Positions 22,501 to 34,000 of a stretch of 64,000 bases of DNA are shown here, in pieces. Under the pieces are notes generated by a model, which was given only the letters and a program-made list of their open reading frames with translations, had not been told where the DNA came from and ran no database searches. Position numbers and translations under genes: made by a program. Position 1 is the first letter of the stretch, and each line of letters begins with the position of its first letter. Origin of the DNA: Oculina patagonica (Eukaryota). The DNA lies in NCBI RefSeq assembly GCF_052425735.1, contig NC_135763.1, positions 33,294,001 to 33,358,000 on the forward strand. The letters are read 5' to 3'.

Positions 22501-25006
22501 GTTTGTTTACATAAATAAGCGTGTCAGATGCTCCTCAGTATAGTGTACCTAACATCTTACGAATTCTTTAATCTAAGGAGAAAATTTTGGCGATGCATTC
22601 TCGTCCCATTAGCTCTTTTCGTTTCTCTCAGCCGGCAGTGCCTTGGCACGAGAAACGAAAGGCTATTGAGGGCCGCCAGTCTTGAGATTTCCAGACGAGA
22701 AACGAAGGGCTCTGGAGATTTCCAGTCCTAGATTCTAGGACTTCTTGTCTTCATGTATGCAGTTGTGATGTTTCTAAAAACTGTGAGAGAGTCCTGGCGT
22801 TTTTACCTCCGTTCAAGATTCCTTTGTTTCAAACAGTTAATCCAAAAAATGGAATAAATTTAAAAATCTCATGTCCCCATAGCCCTATGTTTCTTTTGCC
22901 AAGTCCCTGCTTAGAGAAACTAAAAGGGCTGTGAGGACGCGAATGTCAGCGGTGGCGCCCACTTACCTATGCATTCTCCCCAGACTCCATCCCGGTCATA
23001 ATTCATGGAGATTGAACACCATGGGTTATTGTGGTCCAGGTAGGTACACGTGTAGTGCATTATACCATTGTATTGGAAAGGAAACACACAGCAGCCTCCA
23101 TTAGCGTTCCCGCCCTTGGTCCATACGCCACATGTTCCTAAACAAAAGAAAAAAAAACAATATAAGAACTCTACGACGGTGGTAGAACAAAGCGAATTAT
23201 GGAAATCATTCGCGACAGCATTCAAAATTTAAAACTTGGCAAACAATGACTGATTTGGCTTTGCGATACAGATTCTCGAAAACAGGAAGGGAAGATAAAC
23301 AACGATGGCGAGGATGGAAAGAGATTACAATAACGAAAACAAACACAGATTTCATTAAAACGTTGTGCAGCAAGAAATTCTAGTAGGAAATTGTTTTCTG
23401 TTATTTATTAAGCATTTATTTCAAATTAAGAACCGAAAGAAGACATTACTTTTTTTCTACACTGCAAATATGAGTCACATCAAGGACATTGAGGCCATAA
23501 AATCGTATACTGACCATTTTGCATTTCCGGTAAACACTCTGGACAACATTTCCACTTCTTCTTGATAGGCTTGTCGCAATTTAAATCCGGGCATTCTAGT
23601 TTGGAACACTTCACGTGACCATGCTTACATCGACATTCCGGAATACAGGGGCCTGGGGACCAGGCATCGCCGTGATGGCGGACGACTCCTTCGTACGTGC
23701 AATCTGTTTGAAATACAGGAGCGCAAAGTGTAAAATAACAGCAGTATTCACAAACATTTGATCAGCAGGGATTTGCTGAAGCAAAGGCATATTAAAAATC
23801 AGGAAAGATTTATTGCTACTCGACATTATCAATCAATCAATCAATCAATCAAACTTTATATATAGAGGGTTACACGTAATAGTTTTACAACTAATAAATT
23901 TGTGGCCCTCTCTAATGTACTAAAAAATTAAGAATTTACTATAAACAATAATCTAATTTAAATTTTTTTTAAAATTTTCGGGGTCATCGTGACTCCATTA
24001 TCAAGGGACTTGTTTAATAGCATGCAAATCAGGAAAAGCTACAAAATAAGCATAAATTACAATAAACGGCCTAAACAAAGACCTTGGCGCGGCTTTATTC
24101 AGTTTGCACGTTCAGTGCTGGCTTACGCATGCGAATGTATAGCATTTCTTTTACGAGGCAATCAAACTTGCTGTTACATTTCGCGATGACGTGAAATTGC
24201 TCGATGCATGCATGCTTTTTAACAAGTCTCTTGATAATGGAGTCACGATGACCCCGAAATGTCGCGCAGCAATAAATCTTTCCCGGTTTTTGGTATTCAC
24301 GACTAAACAAGAAGGTTGTCCTATAAGAACCTAGTTGGCCGATCGGACGCTCTACCGCTCATTCTCGACCCCAGAGCCACTAGTCCGTCTTAGCCGGCTG
24401 AGTCTGTGCACAAGAAACAGGTGGCTCTGGGGACACGTGATTTGATTGGCTAGATTCTAACAAAGAAAGCTTCAAATCTGACCAGTCAGGTCTGTTTTAA
24501 ACTTTTGTATAACAAAGGGATTTTAAGACGGTTCACTTGATTGGCTGTTTCTTTTGTTAAAATCTAGCCAAATCAAATCATGTTTCCCAGAGCCACTTGT
24601 TTCTTGTGCACAGACTCAGCCGGCAGAGAGAGACAAGCGTCTCTGGGGACGGAAATGTCAACAACTGAGCTACATGAGACTCGTGGAATACTATATTGAG
24701 CGACCGCTGAACGATCAACTAACTGAACTGAAACTTTATTTACCCTCGGTATTATGAGCCGTGTTAGAGCCGTGTTAATATGCTAATGAAACCGAGCATT
24801 TCACAGTATACAACGCAATGCGCAAAGATAGACCACAACAACGGGAACTCCGTGCCCTACTCTTTTTGATAAGTGTGTGGGTTCTTTAACGTCCCCTGCT
24901 GATTATAACACTGAAGATGCAGGAGACGGGGCCTACAGTTTATCATCCTTATCCGAGAAGACTAGAATATCTAACCATTTGCAGATGTCATTGCAAAGGC
25001 AGCATA

Positions 25007-25047
<41 letters not shown>

Positions 25048-26160
25048 TGGGACTCGAACCCGAGACCTCCCGCACGGCAGTCCGGTGCTCTACCAACTGA
25101 GCTAACGGTCGGCGGTTAAACTAAAAGACATAAAAGTTAATTTGAGTCTATTACTAAACTTGCTGCAGTTATAAGTTTGATTGAGATGATAGAAACGGGC
25201 TTTGGAAAACAGTGTTTGTTTTTTAGGTGCGAGATCGCCTCAGAATGCGACCCAGAGGCCAGAATTTCAAACGTCCATCAAATAAGGATTTTTGGAGATT
25301 TTAAAGTCTTAATTGAATCATTGTTAGTGACATACAAAGAACCATAACTAAAAATTAACCAGGATTTCAACCAAATAGCTTGTGAACAATACATATATCA
25401 TCCTACAACTTACAATTTCAGTTAAGTGCGCAAAAAAGAAAAAAGAAAAAAAATAACATTACAGTACCTTGGTTATGTGTAGCCACATTTGCAGGAATTC
25501 TGATTGTGATGAATGTCGACTTGCCTTCCTTTGAAGAGTCTGCGGTTTAAACATTTGTTCGTCAATCGACATTTTGTTCAATAACAGGTAGGTTAACAAG
25601 AAATGTTATCTCAACAGGTGGCATCGCGAGGCGTAGCAAGCTAAAAATGATCATATCTCAAAATTGTAAAAATCCTTAGCAATTTTCTTCATGAAGTTCT
25701 CAACGTTCTTTATATCCATTCGTAGATAACTGAAGCGTTAATTACCATCGAGTTGTGAAATAATAACAAATATGTTTTGTCTAAAATGACTTTCGTTTAC
25801 ATAGCAAACACTTCACTAACAATCGCTTTCCAGAAATATCTTTCATCTGTTGACGTCTCTTAAACGTTAAAATTTACCAACTGGAAATAAAATATTATTG
25901 AGAGCACAAATGTGTTTGTAGGTAAAATTAATTTGTTGAAGAATGGCAGTCTCAAAACATCGATAATAAAGTAAAGAATTTGATTTGTATTTGGTAACGT
26001 TATCATGTTTGGCAAAAATATTTTGGTTATCAACTGGTAAATAAGCATATCAAAACTTACCATCGCTAATTTTGGCTTGCTTTGTTTCTTTGGTGAATAG
26101 AAAACAAATCGACAATAATAATAGCTCGGGTATTGCCCGGTCATGAAATAAAAGTCGCAT
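19085..26160 (-). CDS. Gene E: secreted protein, SP - short beta motif - vWC - FN2 - A/S/P-rich - PQPTQQPA repeats - Tyr/Gln/Asn/Gly-rich tail; about 699 aa
   Basis: Join (minus): 26061-26160, 25468-25539, 23515-23703, 22967-23137, 21431-22002, 19857-20361, 19085-19575 (TAG). GT-AG introns, frame continuous, 2100 nt. Confidence 0.85.
19857..20361 (-). CDS. Gene E exon: Pro/Gln repeat (24-nt unit, PQPTQQPA x about 8)
   Basis: ORF 19798-20355; phase-0 acceptor aatag/, donor /gtaaac. Confidence 0.85.
20551..21082. mobile_element. hAT-like MITE
   Basis: TIR taggcctttctcgattatgctag / ctagcataatcgagaaaggccta; 8-bp TSD agtgggaa at 20543-20550 and 21083-21090. Confidence 0.85.
21431..22002 (-). CDS. 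Gene E exon: Ala/Ser/Pro/Val-rich region with ASGV(V/L)PA repeats
   Basis: DKGDSQKALRFRQHKGNANHK...APTAPQPGQ; ttttcag/ and cag/gtaaaa. Confidence 0.85.
22967..23137 (-). CDS. Gene E exon: FN2 domain
   Basis: GGNANGGCCVFPFQYNGIMHYTCT...PWCSISMNYDRDGVWGEC; 171 nt. Confidence 0.92.
23515..23703 (-). CDS. Gene E exon: vWC domain (not in the ORF track in this frame)
   Basis: DCTYEGVVRHHGDAWSPGPCIPECRCKHGHVKCSKLECPDLNCDKPIKKKWKCCPEC; 189 nt. Confidence 0.92.
24360..24657. mobile_element. Foldback MITE
   Basis: Long inverted arms (gccggctgagtctgtgcacaagaaac... / ...gtttcttgtgcacagactcagccggc). Confidence 0.7.
24812..25118 (-). mobile_element. tRNA-headed SINE
   Basis: Minus-strand head accgccgaccgttagctcagttggtagagcaccggact...gggttcgagtccc (boxes A and B) plus body; degenerate relatives near 18160-18270 and 56283-56345. 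Confidence 0.75.
25468..25539 (-). CDS. Gene E exon 2 (DSSKEGKSTFITIRIPANVATHNQ)
   Basis: 72 nt, cgcag/ and /gtactg, phase 1-1. Confidence 0.72.
26061..26160 (-). CDS. Gene E first coding exon: signal peptide-like
   Basis: aaaaATG, MRLLFHDRAIPELLLLSICFLFTKETKQAKISD, /gtaagt phase 1. Confidence 0.72.
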
Positions 26161-26608
26161 TTTTTAGACAGTTTGGTCCCCGCGTTTCGTTGCGACAGTT
26201 CTTGCGTCACGTGACGGCGAGTTTACGTCCGGTGGCTGGTTTCACTGTTTCGTTTCATTATTTAGCAGTTCTACGCAATCTTCACCTAGTTTATTGCAGT
26301 CATAACCCTTATGAGCAATGTTACACAAAGATTATCTTGATAAGCTAGAGCTAAGCATTATAAGTTGTCGATGACAAATTGATTGCAAGGTTGGCACTAC
26401 AGCAAAAAGGCAAAGTGGTATTTATTTCATTGCAAATATTTTAACTAGCAAAGCTTGTCTTCTTCCTCCTCTTCTGCCGTTTGCCGCTTATACGTACGCA
26501 TCAAAGTGAGTAGTTTCGTGTTTGTTGTGAATAAGTAAATTATTTTTTTTATTTTTCTCGTGGATTAATTTAATCTGAATTAGAGAAAAAGTAATTAGAA
26601 TTAGCAGC

Positions 26609-26780
26609 ATGGCATTATTTTTATGTCTTCCCGTGCACACCTGAACAATTTGTGATTGGAGCAAGCAACCTTTTTGAAGCGACAGAAGCGACAGAGACGA
26701 TCGGGACGATCATATGAGAACCAGGCTTTACTCTCTCTAATTGTTCAGGTGTGCACGGGAAGACATAAAAATAATGCCAT
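26609..26780. repeat. Perfect 42-bp inverted repeat with an 88-bp spacer
   Basis: 26609-26650 is the exact reverse complement of 26739-26780. Confidence 0.8.
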
Positions 26781-28594
26781 ACTATGTCGGCAGTCTAGAC
26801 TGATCACGTGTGAGAAATTGTATCTTTTAAGGGTTTAAGAAGCTTGGGCTACGCCAAGATTGGTCTCCTTTAGGGTTTAATTCAAATTTTCCGGCGAGTA
26901 TCCCCGTCCTTTTTTCGACCTTTTTGCTTGTTTACAAGCAAAATGAAGGAGAGTAGCAGTTAAGTGGGGGTAAATGTGGAACCACATTCTTGTTAACTCT
27001 CAAGGGACTGTTTTAATTTCTCAAGGGATTACTTTCCGCTGTGGGTGATCACTTTCGATTTCGTGGAAAAAAACGTGACTTGTCACATTTACAAACGTTA
27101 TATAACAATTTTAAAAGTGACATGTCAGCTTTCCTATCTCAACGCACGTGTGTCTGAAAGGCGATCTATAAAAAGCGTCGCACAAACAATGGATTACGAA
27201 ACTAATGCTAAAACACGAATAAATAATCACTAGCACTTACATCGTTTAAAAATTACAAACGTCAAAAATAAGCCATACCAAAAAATCTCGCTCTTTTCAA
27301 AGGTATTATTGAAGTTAAAACAAATGCAAGAGATGGGGGCTTCTTTTAGCTTAGGAGCGGTTAAAAATTAGGCAAAATTTGGTTGCTACAAGCGCTATTC
27401 TATTTCGTCATCAGCCTAGGTCGTTAGGGACGTGACCTTGCGTTGACAGCAATGTTGCATGAAACGGCTTTACAACATGCGATCGTAGTACGCAGTTCGA
27501 GTGGAATTTCAGTCAAAGACAGCAAAATTCTTTCGTATTTCATCTTCAATTATAATTCAAAAGCATTCACTGTATATATGGCTTTTGTTTAATTCTTCTT
27601 AAGCCCACGAAGAAGCTGTCTTGATATCCGACCCTCGCAGAGCCCAGACAAAACGCAGCTTGTGTGTATCGATTTGTTTACGCCGCAATTATATGCGCAA
27701 TGTTTTCTCCGACAGTAGTCGGAAATATCCGTATTTTTTCGTGCTTTTTCGTGGAGCAATCGTAACGATACGGCCTTGAACACATTGAACAGCGGTCTAC
27801 CTATAACAATTCAAATATGGCGTCGCAAAAACAAAGCGTCGAACGCATATTTGCTGTTTCATTTGCTAATTTCGCTGCCGTAATCGACTGCCTCGAAAGC
27901 TCCTTGCAATTTTAAGATATAGAATTGTGAGATCTCGGTGAAATTTGCACTGTTTATTTGTGTAATGTGGAGGAATATGTGTATAAATACCCGGCGCGAC
28001 GAGTCATTTTTGATAAAATTTTATGGCTGCATTTCCTCCGCGAAGATAGGAAATTTTTAAACTAAACTACAAAGCAATTGTAATGATAAGTTCGAAGAAC
28101 AATGCACAGGATAAACCTTCGACTCATACTTCATGCAAAAAAGTCGGTATCTCGAAGAGACTTTGATTATATGGGAGACCCCCTCCAGGAGGGAAAGTCC
28201 ATGTTATATTATTCTTGTGGCCGATTATGGGAAAGAGTTCAGAAGTAAGCCCCTGTTTTGGCAGGTTACATGCTACTGACATAAAGGAGAGTAGAGAAGG
28301 AGTTATTCAAGTGGAGAGGTTAAGCGAGATTCTTGTTAAAGATATCCTAGAGTGTCTGCAACTACTTAAGATTAAGACTCAATATAGTAGACAGTGGGCA
28401 ATGGTTTTGGTGCCTGGCTCAAGCAATTTTTCTTTCTCTGGTCCCTGTACTGCATTAGTTATAAACTGAAATACTTGAAAAAGAACCACTAGTAATTTTT
28501 GTTGATGTTTTTAATGGTGTATGTACTTAAAAATACCCGATAGGTCTTTATCGTCTTTTGTTCTCGTCTTCATTCTGAACGTCTTTATCTCGAC

Positions 28595-29560
28595 TATTTA
28601 ACAATTATTCCATGAGCCCGCGTAGGATACGAGGTGGTAAATAGCCAACGAGGCGCGAAGCGCCGAGTTGGCTATAACGACTCGTATCCAACAAGGGCGA
28701 ATGGAATTGTTTTATTAAATTCTTCTCAAGTTTAAATCGACTGGACATTTCATTTTGATGTAAACGAAGTGATAGTATGAGGAGGCGCGAAAATTTCTGG
28801 CGCGGTGTTCACTTCTTGAGTTGAATGAAACATACGAGGAAAGCGAGCCAGAGAGTTTTCTTTCCAAGATTTTCCTCGAACAATCCCCTCTAAAGTCGTC
28901 TAAATATCCTGGAAATTGTGACAACAATTAAGATTTACGAGAAGATCCGAAGCAAAAGCTTTTCTGGAAACTACAAGTCTTGTGCAAGTCGAACGAAGCA
29001 AGTGTTTACATTGTACTTCTTTACGGCTCCACGGCTGTCATCAAGACTGCTATATTATTTGAAGCGAAATTCAGCTTAAAGTGGAACAGGTTTGTTGAAG
29101 TATAAAAGGACAAAACCAAGATTGAAAGGTTACAAACTTTACGGAAGTGCTGAGCCTAGTTTTATGACGTACACTGAATGAAACTGTGTCAGTTTGCCGT
29201 TCTTTCGTAAATTATTTGCTGCTTTTCTATTGACTCGCTCTTGTTGTGTGTTTACAAGTATTATTAATTAAACTTTTCGCATCAATCCTTTTGTTTTGCG
29301 TAGTTAATTTTACTATGGCATTTCTGTGGTTGTGGTAGGCACCGCTGATTATTTCTTGTTCGTAAAGTTCGCCAAATTTGCTGTTTTTCAACCATTTTTC
29401 CGATGGAACTGTCGCTTCCCGTAGAAAAATTTTAGCTTGGCAAAAGTAACGCAATCATTTTCCAAATAAGGTCAAACTAAGGTATACGAGCTGACAACCG
29501 GGATTGAGTGAACCAATCAGAATGCTAGAAATGCAATATCCGTGGCTGAAAATTTAATAA
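28595..29560. mobile_element. Interspersed non-autonomous repeat (aacaattatt...gaggcgcgaagcgccgag type)
   Basis: Hairpin tagccaac-gaggcgcgaagcgccga-gttggcta; a degenerate relative lies at about 40650-40760. Confidence 0.45.
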
Positions 29561-30777
29561 TGAGAAATAGCCGAGGTGGAGGTGAAGGTGAAGTCTTTGG
29601 TCGACATGTTGCAATGCAACACTGCAGTATTATAAAGCTTGGCTTAGCATTGCATTCGATTCGGAGAAACGAGATTTCAGTTTAAATAAAGGGTATGTGT
29701 CGATCGTTTTTAATTTCTACATAAAGATTTATCTTTACAATCAGTTTTAGTGGATAAGTCTCAGTACCTATAAAACAAATTTATTTTTATTTTGTAAATA
29801 AATACAGCACCTCTGCGATTAAGTTTAAATCCTTTATTAGGCAATGCCCACATTGGGTAACAAAAATATTTCTTCTTAAATTAATTTTATAATTGCATAA
29901 CTGGCAGTACATCTTACGCGATAACAAAATAATAGCAGTTGGAAGTTGGGAAAATGTACGAAAAAAGCGCAAGAAGATTCGATAGGAGAGGGTGCATTAC
30001 TTCTTCTTCGCACGGATTTGCTTCTTCCCCGCTATTATTCTGCAAATGCGCGCGAAGAACTCACAGTTATGCTGTAATTGATGTTAGGGAATCGTAAAAC
30101 AGATTTTTATTAAATAAAAGACAATAGATGTATGACCAAGGTTCAAACAACTCCTTAGCATTCTTTTTTCACTGAGCGCATCTCTCTCTTGGCCATTCTT
30201 CTTGCCTTGGTGAATGTCATCACTAGTCGAAGGCTTTCATCTGTGCGAGAAAGAAAAGTTGAACAATTACAGTTAGATCGCCTGGCGATGCAACCTCAAA
30301 AAAGAGAACAACCGAAGCTAACTTTGCACTCAGATCTTCACTTATGTCCAGGATTGAACGCAGGTATTGTTTAATGAGTACTTCATGTTTGAATGTGTTA
30401 TTTGGCATTTCCATATTACTTCATATTTGACAGATTTTAGTGTGTTTTGGTAAACTTTTATTAATGAGGACACTTTGTGATGCCTGTCATGAGGAACGAG
30501 CATCTCATTTGCGTTCAATCCTGGACATATCTGCAGATCTTATGTCACCTCGGTAATAGTGCGAAGGGAGATCTGGGTACGAGGTTAAACTGGGTTGTCA
30601 GGGTTGGTGCCTGGCCCGCGCAACAATATGTAATCCATGTACCTCAAGCACGATTGCACAAACCCATCGTTGCAACTAGATCGAATGTTGCCTTAAAGTA
30701 CCATCAAATTTTATTAACTCATATAAACAGCAAACAGCTAGAAAAATGAAATGACAACTCCTTACCATTAGAGTTTT

Positions 30778-31034
30778 TTAATGGTGTCCTTTTCCCTTGT
30801 GTTCGCCTTCTTTGCCCTTCGCACATTGCTGATCATTACATGGCTCCGCAGGCATGGGATCAAACACGACAGTCTGACTGACATTAGGAACGTCAAACTG
30901 TGACGTCACAGACGTTGTGCCTGGTCCTTGCATGGTGACGCCCACATTATTGGAGTCCATTTGTCCAAACACCTTTTGTGGCTTGCCTGCGTTGCTAAGG
31001 AAAACCTTATGCCCATTGCTCACTGCTTCTTCTT
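30778..31034 (-). CDS. Gene D last coding exon: module copy 2, CNDQQC, His/Lys end
   Basis: HKVFLSNAGKPQKVFGQMDSNNVGVTMQGPGTTSVTSQFDVPNVSQTVVFDP...HKGKGHH*. Confidence 0.85.
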
Positions 31035-34000
31035 CTGTTTGGGTTAACAACATTATAAAAAGTTATTATATAATAGCATTGTTTTTTGACCTGTCAGAGT
31101 ATATTAAAGCCCAAATACTTCATCTGTGCCTTCCCCAACTCCACGCACTTTGTACCGGTTAATCTCAAATTCAACCCTAGCAGAATCTGACTCGTGTGAT
31201 GTTTTTTTTTTTCAAAGCTGAAAAGAATTCTTACAGCGTAGGCAAGTCTTCTCAAGGGATGGTATTCTTAGGTCTCTACATCACAAGACCACATGCTAAA
31301 ACTACGTAATTCAGAAACAAATAACGTTCGATTCTGTTCTCGTGTTAAAAAAGGCTACTAAGGTCTTGAGGTGTTATTGGGGTTGGTCACAAAAGTAGCA
31401 CGCGGGGTGTCATAGATGTCACCCGTTTGCAGCATTGCCGGTAAATGTTGTTGCGAAATCGAACTCTGTTGAAGGTCGTGTAGGGGCGGATCTAGGGGTA
31501 ACGGTGCAGGGGGTGTTAACCACCACCCCTTGAGATGACCTGCAGCTTTCTAATTATAATACAAATGATATTCTGCAAAAAACGCCATTCCTTAGTGGTG
31601 AACTTCCTCCTGAGAAAAATCCTGGATCCGCCCCTGTCGTGCGATCTATCATCCTAATAGATCAATTTGAACAATGCAAAAATAAAGATTCACGGTGGCA
31701 TCAAATCTGTGAAAGTTTTACTCACTTTTTGGTGTATGGGCTACTACAGGTATAGTGCTCTCCAGATTTGTTATTATTTTGTTGGCGTGTTCCTTGTTCA
31801 CGTGAGTGTGTACATGAACCTTCCCGTTATCAGCGTGTTCAGCGGGTGCATGCACATGCGCATGCTCTACCTTAGGTTGTGGCTTTGTGTGCAGCTTTGC
31901 AGGCTCCTTTGGTTGTACTGGAGGCTTCAGGTCATGGTGGTTGGATTCTTTAGGTGCCTGTAATGGTGTTGCTGGTCCGGTTAGAGGAAGAGGCATAGGA
32001 AGTTGGTGACCTGAAGAGAAAACCAAACATTTCAGTTAAGATTGTAACGCGCCATGTACGTAAGTGCAGTGATTACCCAGACTAAGTAAAAACAGCTTTG
32101 GTGCCCTTTTTTAAAGTGATTTTTATTCGTGGAGTAAATTTAAAACCAAAGTAATCACTCTGGCCAATCACAAAGGACACGGACAGCCCAGTGATTCAAC
32201 CAAAATTCGAAGCAAATACATGTAGCCGGTGCGAGGCACGAGAAAACGAGTGTAAGTGAGCCATGACTGATTTTGGTTTTACTTCTGACTGGTCGAGAAA
32301 GTGGCGCGAGTTTTTTTAAGACCAATCATTTAGCGTAGTAATGCAAAACCAAAGAAAACGCGAATTAGTTTAGACACTCAAGTGAAAGCTACTCTGTTAT
32401 CCTGTAATGCATTGCCTGATTCATTCGTGAATTTGGTTCAGTCGTAGACATGTAATCACTTCAATTGTTTGTTACCCAGTTGAAAGCTATTTTCAATGAA
32501 AGCTTGTCCTGCCTGAGACATAAGTTCAAACCATAGCCAAGACTGGCTATAGGATGGGAATAATAATGATATAAATCATCCAAAGATCAATTTTATTTTA
32601 AAATTTGTTTAAAGAATTGTGATACTATAGGAATAGGAAAGAATATAAGTAAACGATCTTTGCGAACGATTAATCAAGACCAACCCACCCCCTCACCCAT
32701 CCAATCCTGCACGCTACCCCCACCTCCCACCCCTCTCCCCAAAAAATGTATCTAAGACGCTGTATTTTTTCTTTACCTGAATGAACATTTACCGAGCTGC
32801 ATTCTGGTCCATTACATCCCCCAGTGTCCTTCACCATAGTAACGGTATGATCTGGCTTGGGTTCATCAGGCCCCACTACCTGCTGGGTAGTGTCCAATGA
32901 GACCGACCCGGGACCTTGCATGGACACAGACACGCTGTGCGGACCTATGTGACCAGACACCTTGTTGTCCGCCATCTTTTGCACATGGACATTGTACACG
33001 TTCAAATCTTGAGGGCCTGCTGGAGCGTCGGCGAATGGTTGGTTAGTTGCGGGTTGTTGGTAGAAGGCCTTTGGATCTTCATTTCCGTGATTTTCTACGT
33101 GAGCTGTAGAGAGATAGACATCCGGAATCGAATAAAATTCAGTGAAAATTTTAAAGGAGAAGTTCACTCCAGAGTGGCCATTTATTTTCTTTACGCCAAG
33201 ATATGTTTTCACCACAATTTCAGCCTCTAACGTTCGCTATAACCCTACGAAATCTTTCCCAAAACTCGACAACTGAACGCCGCCATCTTGAAACTGGTAA
33301 TGTATGCGTGACGTCAAAGAGTTCAGCCTGAAGTTTGGCGGGAAAAGTTTTAATAGTCAAACTCCTTGTGTTTTGTATTTCTTGGAGCTCTGTTTGAGCA
33401 AAATGGAGATGCACAAACAGGCATTTTGACAAACAAAGGCCACTACGAAGAATCAAAGAGTTTAGAGTATTTAAATTTTCCCGCCAAACTTCAGGCTAAG
33501 CTCTTTAACGTCACGCATACATTTCCAGCTCCAAGATGGCGGCGTTCAGTTGTTGAGTTTTGGGAAAGATTTCGTAGGGTTATAGCGCACGTTGGAGGCT
33601 GAAATTTTGGTGGAAAATATATCTTTGTGTAAACTTTTTAATTGGCGTAAAGAAAATAAATGGCCATTCTGGAGTGAACTTCTCCTTTAACGAAACCCAT
33701 ATCGCACCAATGCACGAAAACGCCCCTAAGGAAACCACTTCCAGATATTTTTTTCAGAGGATGCATACTTAAATCCAAGGTTAAAGGTTAACCTAGATTA
33801 TATTGAGGTCTATATTCTCTCTGGTTTAAAAGCGTTTTTTTTTTCCTGCTAATTCAGTCAATTAAAATTGTGAGCAATGAGGCATTTTTCTTAGGCAAGG
33901 TAAGCCGAGTCCACTAAAACTTTTTTATCCTACTTTGGACAAGTAAGCTAAAGCGAGAATAGGTCTCTTTACCTTATTCCCTCAAACTAAGACAACATGA

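Noticed and set aside
25468-25572. ATG at 25572 as the start of gene E
   Set aside because: No signal peptide and a phase-0 end incompatible with the vWC exon; the 26160 start fits
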